Below are positions 1 through 12,640 of a stretch of 64,000 bases of DNA, in pieces. Position numbers and translations under genes: made by a program. Position 1 is the first letter of the stretch. Each line of letters begins with the position of its first letter. The stretch covers positions 16,866,001 to 16,930,000 of the forward strand of contig OZ076409.1 of assembly GCA_964187785.1 (NCBI GenBank), given 5' to 3'. Origin of the DNA: Amphiscolops sp. MND2022. Taxonomy: Eukaryota. The notes beneath the pieces were generated by a model, which saw nothing but the letters and a program-made list of their open reading frames with translations, had not been told where the DNA came from and did no database searches.

Positions 1-206
1 TTAGTTTTTTCGAGAGACAACCCATACTCGTCGGCGCTAGCAATGATTGGTTTGAGGTCCTCAAGGACCGTCCGATAGTGATCCGAAAAATTTCCGTCGT
101 CGAGGCACCATGTTCGATGTTCTAACATCTTCGTCCTGTAATTAACTTGTCGAAAATAAAACAGCTTTATCATTTCACGCACAGATACCCGCATAGAAGG
201 GTGACA
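1..206 (+). mobile_element. possible 3' part of an LTR
   Basis: AATAAA at ~155-160 followed ~45 nt later by a GTGACA end, as in LTR R/U5 ends; no PBS (TGG) follows and no partner LTR is visible. Confidence 0.3.
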
Positions 207-1169
207 AGTAACTTCTTCAATCCAAATGGCACAAAATTGAGCCAAGACCATTCTAACTCATGCAATGGCTGAAAACAACCTATTCAAGACAAAAACTGAA
301 TTGAATTTTTAACGAAGTGTTTGACAACAATAAACGAAAAATGTTACGAAATGTTTATCATAATTGTAGCATGGCTCGGTCGCTACGCTCGCTTCGCCAA
401 GTAGCAACATTGAGGCGTCCATTGAATCGCCCATATGGCAAGTCGCTCCGCTTCGTTTCTGCATTTAGGGCGCTAGAACGTGAACGTAGCTGACGTTATA
501 ATGATAAATCTGATGGAGTTACGATCTTCTCGATAGCACTGGGACGATAACTTGGTGGAAGGAAGGCGGATATTGGTTAAGGTGAACTACCTTGGCACGA
601 TGACAAGAAGTTTGCAAACCCCATAATCTCAAGAAGTTGGTTTCGTAAAAAATACAAGTCGTTTCCCCCGAAAAAATGATTGATGTCAAAAAAGTCCTTG
701 ATTGAACAAAATTGTAGACGCGCCGAACACAAACACCAGGCAGAGAAAGTATATTCAAGTTTTCTGACTCCATATTCCTTGCCTGTGAGTCAGCAATCAG
801 AAGGGTTTTGGTGGATGAAGTTCTGTATACATAACGTGACTGTCTTGGTGCCGAAATTCAGAATCCCTTAAAAATGGTCATTAGGACCAAGGTATTGGAT
901 ATTTGTTCAAAAGACATTGAAATTCAAAAAAAGACCATTATTACTTCCCAACTTGTCACTGGAGTATAATTGAAACGAAATAGGTTTCTGAAAACGGGTC
1001 CAGGAACATCGCCCAAAACGGAATCGTATCCATGAGGGTGTAAAAGGTTATACTGGGGTAACGACAAAAATTGAAGAGTGAAGTAAAAAATGAGGCGATT
1101 TGGGATGGCACTATAAAATGTGCATCTAAGTAACGCCCAAAACAACGCTTAATGCACTTTGTGAGGGGA

Positions 1170-3501
1170 ACAAGAAACCGGGAAGCTGAGTGGACTACCT
1201 ATTGACTGCGGGGTTTTCATCAATTCATCTAAAGGATGCATGATCCCGGCAAGGTTGACCCATGTAGAGTAAATCTACACGAGAATGGCTTCGACGTTTA
1301 GGTCTAGCTGCGCTTTCAGTTGCGAAAGACCCGCTGGGTCCAAAGCGTCCATGAGCGCGTACAGCCAGGTTTTCAGATTCTGAGCATACACTAGGAAGCT
1401 GAGGAGGCACGCGAATCGTATGTCGAACACCATCATTTGCAGGAGGCTGGAGGGTCCTTTGTATACCGCGTTCAGGCCGGCGGCTGTCAGAAACGCTAGG
1501 ACTTCGCTCACTTTGGCCCTCTTCATAGCTTCCATGTACAAGCGCACTTGTTGCTCGTGAAGGTTGGTTTCCGCCTGTACGAAATTGGAAAGATATAAGG
1601 GGGAAATGTTATATAGGAGCACTGGAAACGGGATACTTTGTCGCTCTGCGTCGTGTTTTAGTGGCTCGTGTAGTTTGGTAGGTTTGCCTTGGTTCCTCTT
1701 CATTGCGGCGGGCCAGGTCCTGAGCCATCACTGCTAGGAGCGCTAGGGTGGACACCATTCCAGGCTGTGCGTCGAGGGCCACGGCTGCATTAGGGAACAC
1801 CGTGGTGTTCGTTCCGTTTTGCTTGATGGTTTTCGTAATTTTGAACAGAGCTACTATCACCTTGTGGAACTTCGCCTCATGAGTTTTTTCGTCAAGCGTA
1901 GAGTCGTCTCTTCGCTTGCTCATACCATAGGTTATCCACCAGATTCTACCGTTCCTGTTCATTGGGGTCAATTACTTAGCGTACGCCCTGTTCGTCCAGT
2001 GATCGGTGCGCCATCTGCATTCCGAAGTCGTAAGCTGTGGCTTCGTCGATCAGGAGTTGGGAGTTTCCCTTTTTACCCGGTGTAAGCCTGTAAGGTTTTC
2101 GACACTTCCGCCAATAAAGCAGGATACGACGCTTCACACGAGCGCCATGTCGTTGCTCTGACTTTCAGGTTGGGGGCTACAATGTAAAATCTTAAGTCCT
2201 TCTCGTATGCTGCTTCTAGCACCAGGTACAGGAACTGCTGTAATGGTCTGAGTAGGTACATGTAGGCCAGAGGCGACACGAAGATGGCTCCGAAGGAAGA
2301 CGTCTTGTTCTTCATTGTTCTGGCGATATTCGTCATCGTCTCCACGTAGGCTGTAACTTCACCCGTTACAAATCCTTCAGTGAATCTGACATGTCTCGGC
2401 TCGAAGTACTTCAGTGTCCCTTGCAGAGCGAGGTGGTCAATTGCATTGGAATAGACTAACACGGAAGAAAGTGGTATCGTTTCTGCGACCGCTGGCGTGA
2501 AGATCTTGTCGGTGACCTCTGCGATCTCGCTGAGCGAGGTGCAGGGCATGTTCATCACCCTGACATCCCATAGGGTGCTGTTGGTGTTATATGATGACTT
2601 CATAGTCGAGTCTACGCAGAAGGCAATTCTAGTTTTCTGTACCAAGTCCTTGCCCATAGGCAGCAGAGTGACCGGGTCTATCACGTAATTCGTGTTTTTC
2701 AGTCGACTCTCGTCATACCTGCCTGGTCGCTGTCTTGTCAACCGGTTGGCCGGTTGTAGGGGTTGTATGTAAGTGCAGTTATCCCTTTCTAGGTCTCTTC
2801 GCTTGTGCTCGAACCACGGTGGGTATTTGTCGGATGTAAACACCGGGTTTTTCCCGGTGCGGGTGTAGAGTACCCCTATGGTTTCTTTCTCAATCGTTCG
2901 CTGCGTTGTGGGGCCCTTTTGCTGGTCGTTTTCTGCCTTAAGGGGCCTGCTTCTTCAGCTGTGACTGGTACTTCGCGTTGAAGACGCACTGTCTCATTTG
3001 CCGTTATATCTAACTGCTGCGTCTCGGCCGAAGTGAGTCATTCCCGCATGATGCTTTGTCTTCTAGCCTCCGGCTGGGTGGGGGAGGAAGCTAGTGGTTC
3101 TTTGCTTGTGCACGTGTTCGGCTGTTCTCCCTGATCTCTGGCTCGCTTGCTCGCGGTGAGCTTGTGATACGTTCTTTGGTGATACCGCCGATGTATGAGG
3201 TCATGCGTTAAGCCATACCCATACCAGGTACCATCGCGGAAGCTGGCGGAGCGCTTTAGCGACCCGATGCTACTGGTGATGGCGAGTAGAACGTCTGGAT
3301 GGGTTGCTTGTGACTGCATTTGGGCAATGATCATGGCAAAGCCAGCGATCATTGTGGGAGTGGCCCCACTTTGCAAAGTCTGTTGTACTAGAGCGAGTTC
3401 GTCGACTCGACCAATGGTCTCGCCCACGGGTGAGGTGGCACTGGCTGGTACGGACTCTGGAACCTCTGTCGAGAGGATTGTGAGTTTGACGGTGCTGGCA
3501 T
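1170..3501 (-). pseudogene. decayed long ORF of a GC-rich mobile cassette, with an SGNH/GDSL-esterase-like segment
   Basis: ORF pieces 3038-3427, 2073-2843, 1609-1971 and 1275-1703 appear to join across frameshifts. RIAFCVDS, VRVMNMPCTSLSEI, VLVYSNAID and AIFVSP resemble SGNH blocks of TE-borne esterases. GC clearly above flanks. Confidence 0.45.
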
Positions 3502-3863
3502 TCTATTTCGCGAGGAAGAATCCATCGTTGATAATTGAGATAGCACCGAAGACGATGGAGGTGTGAATGCAGGGTTGGTCGATAGTGGGTATGGATGTTG
3601 TGTCTAATAGTAGAGCCGCGCAGAGGCGAGGCAACAGAACAAAACTGAAAAGCAGGTTACAGTTGAGACTATAAACGGTTGATTACCGAATCACGTAAAC
3701 TGAACAGGACAAACACATGAGACGTAAGACTAGTTGGTATAGCAATCAAGATGAAAAAATATACGACAATTCACTACTGTTAAAAACTTTAGTACGATTT
3801 ATAACGGAAAAAGGGGGAAGGCCGCTGGCCCGGGTAATCTGAGGGATACTATTCAGTTGGTTC

Positions 3864-4330
3864 CTATGTTATCGATGTCTTAGATGCTATAGAGACGTAA
3901 ACTCGGTCCTGGAGAATTACTTCGAGATTCAGATCCGTGAAGTGGTCGCGTAGCGTGGGATACCAAGCTGGTAGCAAGTTGATCGACCGATCGGGACCGT
4001 ATGTAGGAAAGTGAATCCTTGTGGTGTGATTTCCGTGGAGCTGGTGTATCAAGTTGGTCAGGTACAAACGTAAGATTTCGTGCAACCTTGGGTGTTTGTT
4101 GGAGGCTCTTGTGCACAACAGGAAGATTTCCTTGTCCAGGGTGCGGGTGGCGAGTTGACCAGGCGTACTGCTGCGCCTACCGCCGGCCTTAGTCGGAAAA
4201 TTTTTCCTGTCCATATTCTCGAATAACGTAGCCAGTAGTCGTTGAGTAAGACACTAAATCCTCAGGACAACACAACACTACAGCGCCGGAGGCCTGAAAT
4301 TTGTCCGTGTTGGCGTAGGTTATCCATGAT
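3864..4330 (-). pseudogene. TARG1/OARD1 (Poa1p-like) macrodomain, frameshifted
   Basis: Joined frames give WITYANTDKFQASGAVVLCCPEDL..VIREYGQEK..AV..EIFLLCTRASNKHPRLHEILRLYLTNL..HTTRIHFP..W..LRDHFTDLNLEVIL, collinear with TARG1 ITYVKGDLF..LAHCISED..IYYLITK..L..SL..M..LSMP..W..I..VF..IKITV. Confidence 0.55.
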
Positions 4331-4885
4331 AGATGATTCGGTCTAGTTGTAGGCTGCGTTATCAGCCATTTACTTGAGGCGTTGCTGCGATCGTCAGTTG
4401 GCTGAGGCGCTAAATGTTCGAAAATGGCTCTGCGATCCTGTCATACCGTACGACGCAAGGGTCGGTCGCCCATGTTGGTGCAAGACCAGTCAAGCACTAT
4501 GGAGAGTGCTTCGAGCACCGTTATTGGCTTTTTGGGGATGTGGGTTCGCTGGTCCAGGATGTGTATTTTGGCTTGTCGATAGAAAACTATAGCCATTAAT
4601 TGCAGCCAATGTTGACATAAGAACTTTCCACGGTAACTGTCCGCTAGGTGAAAGCAAAGGGTGTCGTCAAACTCTACTACCCTGCGCAGGTTCTCTAGAC
4701 AAACCTACAGCGGTGTTGGGTGATACGAATGTAGTATTGATTTGCAAAACTTGCATCCCACAATGATCATACGCTGTCTTCTTCGTTTGGTTCATACTAC
4801 CTATGCCATCAGCTTTGCCGATAACTACCTCAGCCATTGTTCAAAACATTCATGATTGTAAAACTTGAATTGATAACAAACAAAA

Positions 4886-5155
4886 CTAATATGTAGCAGT
4901 AAGAATTATGAAAGTAGTAAATTCATCACAAGCATTAAGTTTTATTCGGTATTTTCCCTTGACATTTGTTTGTGCTTGTGGAAAATAGACAACCTCCAAC
5001 ACATCGTTTCGCTCGGCCAATTCCTCTTCAAAGTGTTTCGGTAACTTTGGATCTTTGAAGCCGTCACGTTTAATGGGGCGAGAGAACTTTGGCGGCATCT
5101 TGAGTGGTTTGATATTGTGGGCCTCCATCAGGTCCTGTAATCGTTTGCTTGACAT
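4886..5155 (-). CDS. short ORF of unknown function, possibly a host 5' exon
   Basis: ATG-initiated 89-aa ORF with protein-like composition; no recognisable domain. Confidence 0.2.
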   Translation of the reverse strand: MSSKRLQDLMEAHNIKPLKMPPKFSRPIKRDGFKDPKLPKHFEEELAERNDVLEVVYFPQAQTNVKGKYRIKLNACDEFTTFIILTATY

Positions 5156-6265
5156 CTTGGTTCACAAAACTAATGAAACTGTCAATGGATTCAAATAATG
5201 ATTTTAATTGTAAATACTCGGATGCAGTCAACTGTATAACCCCCTTTCGTCAATAGTTTGTGACTGCCAACTTGGTTGAATTCATCTTTTACTATCTAAT
5301 TTGATTCTGGCATCAGTTTCACGTGTTCTTGTAACTGAGAGGCACAAATTCGGTGATCAGGCTAGCTGTAGGTTGTTCTTTTTGGCTGTTGCATCGACTG
5401 TATTCATAATATGATTTTCGGAAGAAACTGATCAACCAGTCAGTCAATAAAACTTTTTCTAAAGCACAGTGGTTCACTTTGTAAGTCTTTCGATGATTCG
5501 GACAATTTCTTGTTGAACTATAGCTAAACTGAGATGTTTTGTGGCAACTATGAGTTTCCAAATTTCTAAAGAAAATGCACTTCTCTGTACTCTGTGTGAA
5601 AACGGTACTGTTTGGAAATCTGAGTTTGAGCGCGTTGAAGAAATTGAAAATGAATGTGATCGTAACTCGCAGCTTTTCAAACATTGCCTTGTAGGCTGTC
5701 TGTTAATCAGGCGTAAGTCCTTTTCTTTTCATCTGCTGAAAAAAAATCACTGGCGGTTGCGAAAATAAAGTGTTTTGATAGTTGGCTCCTCGAGCTGAAA
5801 TCTGTTCGGGTATAATTGTTGGAGGTTTGTGACGGGAACATTCAAAGTCTACATCAAAAAAATAGGAGTTTAACATTTGAGAGAAAGATCACCAATATCT
5901 TTACTGCACGAATGATTGATTTTTCAATGGTTCGAAACTATTTGACAGTAATTATTGAGAATTATTACCGTCGCATTTGCATGAACGCTAAAATTAGGAA
6001 TTTGAGGAAAACAAGACAACCAGCAATTGCAGCAAGCTGCTGTTATCATATTAAAAGCAAAATGCTTCCTGCTTCTTCTGAGTGTTCAAAAGTGAAGGTA
6101 GACTAGAGTAGTTTTGATGTTTGAAGAACTCCAGAAACTGTCCAAGATAAGAAGTTTCATTGTCAACCCTTTTTCCGAAATAGCTAATACAACATGAAGA
6201 AAACTTCTGAGGTAGCTGATTTCATCAGCAAATGATTATTTGAATTGCAAAGCAAATAAAAAACA

Positions 6266-6867
6266 TTAGAGTCTGCTTGGAAGTTGATACCTGTGAGATT
6301 CTTCTATTGCGTGACCTGCCCATTTTCGTTCATAGTTTTCGGCAATCAACCGAGTAGATTCGTGGATCACCATGGCTAGCCTGTATACTTTTGACTTTTT
6401 GAAGACCTGATTGATCCGTGGTATGATAGTTTTTGGTTGGAGTTGGTCAATTGTGCCTAAAAGCGCCATTGCGTGACGTGATGCAAAGACGTAGTTCCGA
6501 AAATTTCCATACCCTGTAAAAATCTTTCATACCCTGTATAAATTTTTGCTGAAAGTGAAAGCTGTTCTTTCGGTCTTTCAAGATCGTCAATTGAACATTT
6601 GATGTAAACATTTTCCACGTGCATTTTCAAGTAAACCATAGAAGTTTTTCACCGTTTTCCTCCGTGAAGATCTGGTCATTTACACGCGACTAATTGCTCT
6701 TCTGGGTGAAAGCAGTAACCATCATTCATGTCAGAACCTGTAAATTTTTCTGGACAAGAGTCTGTATTGTTCTCACTGTTAATGCTCGTTTTGTTTTGAG
6801 TAATATTATTTAATAATATTGGAGTAGATTGAAATGCAACAATAAACGCGAAGGTCAAAAGCTTCAC
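6266..6867 (-). pseudogene. decayed secreted-protein gene, possibly C-type-lectin-like
   Basis: Hydrophobic leader KLLTFAFIVAF, N-x-S/T sites, CPEKFTGSDMNDGYCFH motif, then stops and frameshifts across three consecutive ORF pieces. Confidence 0.25.
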
Positions 6868-6986
6868 CTAAATCAACTGTGTCTGGTTGATGTTCCTACA
6901 GAGTCATCCTTCTCAGATAACTTTTATGGAATGAATCTTTATTTCAATGATCGATTATTATTGAACCTGTATTTACTGCTTGGGAA

Positions 6987-7240
6987 GGTCACGTGGCATT
7001 GTGGTTGAATTCTTTGGTTTTCATCCCTGAGGTCTGCGGTTCGAATCCGGGAATGAGCAAATTTTTGTGCATTTCAAACCCTCTCATCTTCGATACCTGT
7101 TAATAACAACGAGCTAATTCGAATTTTTTCCAGCAATTATTGATCAATTCTCAATTGCCTATCCCTGTTCCACTCTCATTTCCAGTCCTCTGGCTCCGAA
7201 CTCAGAGCTTATGAAAGGGTTTGTCCTGAAAAAAATTGCA
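6987..7240 (+). mobile_element. tRNA(Glu)-derived SINE-like element
   Basis: A-box-like TGGCATTGTGG, Glu-like TGGTTTTCATCC arm, B-box GGTTCGAATCC (7038-7048); stems do not pair as a proper cloverleaf; followed by a body and short A run. Confidence 0.55.
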
Positions 7241-7985
7241 CCATGTCGAAGATGCGAAATCAATGGACCAGTAGCAAGGAAAGTAATGTCCTGTTCTATT
7301 GTTTAACCAGACCGTTAACTTTCGGGAGAGACGGGTTAATGTCATTTTTATTACTTGTCAAACAATCACAAGCTCTTGTGCTACTTCAGCTGTTTATCCG
7401 ACTTTCTACAAGGAGTACCTTTGGGGCAAACTGCTTGTTCAGAATAGCTGTACTTAGTTGTAGCTGTTGTTTGCAGTTGTAGTGAGCCCAAGGATTTGCT
7501 TCAGCAAAGATGATGAAGTTCTGAATGATTGACTAGCAGTGTTTCTTTATATAGACTTGCAAAGTTTCAATGTTTCAAAATGGACTACATCACTAAATGC
7601 ATGATTACATTCGATGCTTTGCAGTGAGTGACAGATACCCAACAGGATCTTTCGACTGCAGGAAAGTCAAGCAGCGTTTAACATAGTTTTGTTCCTCTCG
7701 TTTGATACCCCGTCCGGAATGTTTATTTTGTATCACAGTCAGGACGTTGCCTACGCCCTGTTATCTTGACTCATCATTTGCTCTGTATAAGGTTTCGTGC
7801 CCATATAGCTGCGGCATGACTATCATACAAGATCCCACTCGCAGGTGCAGTGGGCGCTCTCGAGGAGCATAATTGTAAAAAGGAAATGTTTCCGGGATGT
7901 CTAAGAGGAAATATTTTGTGTTTGAATTTACACCGACGAAACTTTACACGCGACGAATTTACATGAGACGGAACTAAAATGCCTT

Positions 7986-9645
7986 ATGACCGAAAGTATA
8001 GACATTGTTTTCGCTCTAATCGTAAGAGAGAACAAAAAGTTCATCGTAGGAGCCGCCTACATACCACCCGATGATCAAGCTTCACTTGATCTGCTGTTAA
8101 ATTCTCTAACATCTTGTGTCGCTTTCTCTAATGAACACACGATAAACAATCTTATTTTCACGAGAGACTTTAACTGCCGCCATGAAGCGTGGAACGACAC
8201 CACTCGAAACCAAAACGGCCAACTCTTTCATGAATACATAAAATCAGCAGAGCATCTAACAGTAGCAAACCCAAATACCGCAACCTGTAGCTGCATAAAC
8301 GGCTCCAGCATAATAGACCTCTGTATAACCAGTCCAAATCTTCTTCCCTCCTTGAGTAAAATCATGACAGGCAACACAATGGAACTCTTCACAGGTGCAC
8401 TCAATTGGGGTCACTTTCCAGTCAGATGGGAATGGCTGGTATGCAACTCAGCCAAGAAACAAATTAAATGGGACCTCACTACATTTAATTGGGAATACTG
8501 GTGCCAAACGCTGGATGAGATGAGTCTGACAACGCTACAAGACATTTTAAACTTAGATGACCCTTTTCAAATTTGGCATTCTATCAAGGATCTACTGAAG
8601 CAATGCATGATCGACGTCATTGACACGAAAGATATTACCCGTCACTCGAAGCCTTTTTGGAATGAACGTCTCAGTTGACTTTCAAAAGATCTTCGACAAG
8701 TCAAAAAAAAGCTGAAAAAGCGGGAAAACGACAGCCACTGGGCTCAGTAAGAGACTCAAAGAACTCTTCAAAATGGAACTTAACCGCTCACTCAACACCT
8801 GGCTACACGACATCTTAACAAATCTGAACAAAACATCAGGGCAAGACTTCTGGGAGAAATATCAACGTTTCATTGTGGACAGAAACAAAACAACTCTGGA
8901 GGCTCTCAAAACCATGAAAGAAAACTTTCTTCTGCAGAAGAAAGATTTGAAGTTCTACAAAAATCTTTCTCCACTGGCGAACACCTAAAAGCCAGAATTT
9001 TAGCGAAACTGATCGATTGCAAGCTGTGATTAACAAAACTAAGCTTTTCAGCGAAGATGCACTAGATTTAAAAAGCGGCATTCTCAACGAACCCATTACA
9101 CTCAATGAAATAGAAATCGCCCTGAAAAATTTTAAAACTGTATGCAAAGCTTTCGATCCTGATGGCTTATCAAGCACTCCGGTCCCCGTTTCCGGTTGAT
9201 TCTTCAACATCTCTTCGGCAAATCACTGGAATGCGAAAAATTGGTTTGGCGAGAAGGAAAGATTACTTTTCTCCGAAAAAATGGCAAAAAAAGATTATTT
9301 AGAAGCAAACAGTTCCAGGCCAATAACACTATTAAGTGTCATCGGCAAGCTTTTCGAATCAATCATCGCGACTAGAATTAACTGGATACTAACTAGAAAT
9401 AATGCTGTTGATTACAATCAGGAAGGTTTTCGAAGCGGACTAGGAACATCGCTAATGCTATACAAATTTTTCAGCGACATCAATGGTATCAACTACCAAA
9501 CACGCCGAGCTGTCCTAGTTGGGATTGACCTTGAAAATCATTTGACAGTGTGGACGTGAACCTAATGACTATTAAACTTATAAACGCAGGAGTTGTCGGA
9601 AAACTTGCCCGACTGATTCGTGATTATCTTTCCTCCCGGGCTTTC
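7986..9645 (+). mobile_element. APE-RT LINE, 5' part (endonuclease and N-terminal RT), interrupted by a nested LINE
   Basis: APE motifs YIPP, DFNCRH..W, SIIDL, HFPV; RT motifs RPITLLSVIGKLFE, QEGFR, IDLE; stops and frameshifts. Confidence 0.85.
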
Positions 9646-9649
9646 ACCG

Positions 9650-12457
9650 AACCAAAACTCCAAACATTTGGCAGATTCTCCTGCTAACAAATCTCAACTA
9701 AAAGATGTTGTGTAAAAAAGTCTGAGGAAAAACTGCCAGAGGTTTTCGCAAAACCGTTTAAATACTCCATTAAACCGACTGTTTCGAATACTGACCGGCC
9801 TCAAAGTAATGTATCCTCCAGTGTACAATTTTTTATCACTGATGTACCCGAAGCCACTGGTCCCTTATCTGATCTCCACGAATCTGACTCCAGTCATGTG
9901 AATAGTATTATTAGCTTTCTGAAAGAAAAGTCAGAGGGCAATATCAAATCCATTCGGCGAAAGGAAAAACGAAACTGATACAAACTCGTCCACAAAAGTG
10001 TTGCGAAGACACTTACTGGTAACATGTGAAAATGACCGTGGTTGGTTTATGGAAAGATGCTTCCATAAGAGCTACATATTTATCATCTATGTTTCATATT
10101 TATGATATGAGTGCTCAAAACTCAAAACAAAGGAACCAACTCCAGAAGTGCCGTTGCAAAATGTTCATGCAAAAAAGTGGTGAAGGACAATGGCCCATCA
10201 GGGATTGGATGCCATGAATGTGTGAAATGGTTTCATGGCCAATGTGTCTCACTCTCCGACGATGAAGTCAAATGGCTGGGCTCCAGGATGAACTGTCTCT
10301 GGATGTGCGATGCCTGTTTGGAAAGCAATTCTCCTATCCTACCCGAAGCTAAGTCTCTTTCATTACTAAATGATAACATAACAACATATTTAAAATCCTT
10401 CAGTGGTAAAATCGATTCCCTTCGTGAAGTTTTTTCAAACCAAAACTCCAGAACGTGGCAGATTCGCCTGCTGACAAATCTCAACTAAAAGGTGTTGTGG
10501 AAAAAAGTCAAGAGGACAAACTGCCAGAGGTTTTCGCAAAATCGTTTAAAGACCCCATTAAAACGACTGTTTCGAATAATGATCGGCCTCAAAGTAATGT
10601 ATCCTCCTTTGTCCAATTTATTATCACTGCTGTACCCGAAGCCACTGGTCATTATCTGATCTCCACGAATCTGACTCCAGTCATGTGAATAGTATTATTA
10701 GCTTTTTGAATGAAAAGTCAGAGGGCAAAATCAAATCCATTCGCCGACTCGGCAAAAGGAAAAACGAAACTGATACACACTCGTCCACAAAAGTGTGGCG
10801 AAGACCCTCACTGGTAACATGTGAAAATGACCGTGGTTGGTTTATGGAAAGATGCTTCCATAAGAGCTACATATTTATTATCTATGTTTCATATTTATGA
10901 TATGAGTGCTCAAAACTCAAAACAAGGAACCAACTCCAGAAGTGCCGTTGCAAAATGTTCATGCAAAAAAATGGTGAAGGACGATGACCCATCAGGGATT
11001 GGATGCCATGAATGTGTGAAATGGTTTCATGGCCAATGTGTCTCACTCTCCGACGATGAAGTCAAATGGCTGGGCTCCAGAATGAACTGCCTCTGGATGT
11101 GCGATGCCTGTTTGGAAAGCAATTCTCCTATCCTACCCGAAACTAAGTCTCTTTCATTACAAAATGATAACATAACAACATATTTAAAATCCATCAGTGG
11201 TGAAATCGATTCCCTTCGTGAAGTTGTTTCAAACCAAAACTCCAGAACTTGGCAGATTCTCCTGCTGACAAATCTCAACTAAAAGATGTTGTGGAAAAAA
11301 GTCAAGAGGACAAACTGCCAGAGGTTTTCGCAAAATTGTTTAAAGACTCCATTAAAACGACTGTTTCGAATAATGATCGGCCTCAAAGTAATGTATCCTC
11401 ATTTGTCCAATTTATTATCACTGCTGTACCCGAAGCCACTGGTCTTTATCTGATCTCCACGAATCTGACTCCAGTCATGTGAATAGTATTATTAGCTTTT
11501 TGAATGAAAAGTCAGAGGGCAAAATCAAATCCATTCGCCGACTCGGCAAAAGGAAAAACGAAACTGATACACACTCGTCCACAAAAGTGTGGCGAAGACC
11601 CTCACTGGTAACATGTGAAAATGACCGTGGTTGGTTTATGGAAAGATGCTTCCATAAGAGCTACATATTTACTATCTATGTTTCATATTTATGATATGAG
11701 TGCTCAAAACTCAAAACAAGGAACCAACTCCAGAAGTGCCGTTGCAAAATGTTCATGCAAAAAAATGGTGAAGGACGATGACCCATCAGGGATTGGATGC
11801 CATGAATGTGTGAAATGGTTTCATGGCCAATGTGTCTCACTCTCCGACGATGAAGTCAAATGGCTGGGCTCCAGAATGAACTGCCTCTGGATGTGCGATG
11901 CCTGTTTGGAAAGCAATTCTCCTATCCTACCCGAAACTAAGTCTCTTTCATTACAAAATGATAACATAACAACATATTTAAAATCCATCAGTGGTGAAAT
12001 CGATTCCCTTCGTGAAGTTGTTTCAAACCAAAACTCCAGAACTTGGCAGATTCTCCTGCTGACAAATCTCAATTAAAAGGTGTTGTGGAAAAAGTCAAGA
12101 GGAAAAACTGCCAGAGGATTTCGCAAAATCGTTTAAAGACTCCATTAAAACGACTGTTTCGAATAATGATCGGCCTCAAAGTAATGTATCCTCCTGTGTC
12201 CAATTTATTATCACTGCTGTACCCGAAGCCACTGGTCTTTATCTGATCTCCACGAATCTGACTCCAGTCATGTGAATAGTAATATTAGCTTTCTGAATGA
12301 AAAGTCAGAGGGCAAAATCAAATCCATTCGTCGACTCGGCAAAAGGAAAAACGAAACTGATACAAACTCGTCCACAAAAGTGTGGCGAAGACCCTCACTG
12401 GTAACATGTGAAAATGACCGTGGTTGGTTTGTGGAAAGATGCTTCCATAAGAGCTAC
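9650..12457 (+). repeat. ~794-bp tandem repeat, about 3.5 copies, of the LINE 5' end/ORF1
   Basis: ACCAAAACTCC at 9651, 10439, 11233, 12027; identical 153-aa translations at 10821 and 11615. Confidence 0.95.
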
Positions 12458-12640
12458 AAACTCCAACAATTCGAATATCCTCTATATTTGAAAAAGTTTC
12501 TCACTTCAGCTGAGAGGTCACCGAAGAAAAGCAAGCGTTATTCCATAATCCATGAAGAAAACGCTGACAAGCATGACTTCCAAATCAAAAATTTGGTTCT
12601 CTATTATAAAAGAAAAGAAGTTAAGATTACTGATAATTGA
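11696..12640 (+). pseudogene. LINE ORF1 with PHD finger (last copy, continuing to the ORF1 C-terminus), frameshifted
   Basis: CSC..CHECVKWFHGQC..WMCDAC C4HC3 pattern; C-terminal IRRLGK..RPSLV typical of CR1-type ORF1. Confidence 0.8.

Noticed and set aside
4670..4840. Possible dsRNA-binding motif on the minus strand (VVIGKADGIGSMNQTKKTAY)
   Set aside because: Resemblance is weak and no consistent splice link to the 4886-5155 ORF was found
6987..7059. Functional tRNA-Glu gene
   Set aside because: Acceptor, D and anticodon stems are poorly paired; better explained as a SINE head
10107..12076. Cluster of host PHD-finger genes
   Set aside because: The last copy runs into LINE ORF1 C-terminus and ORF2, so these are retrotransposon ORF1 duplicates
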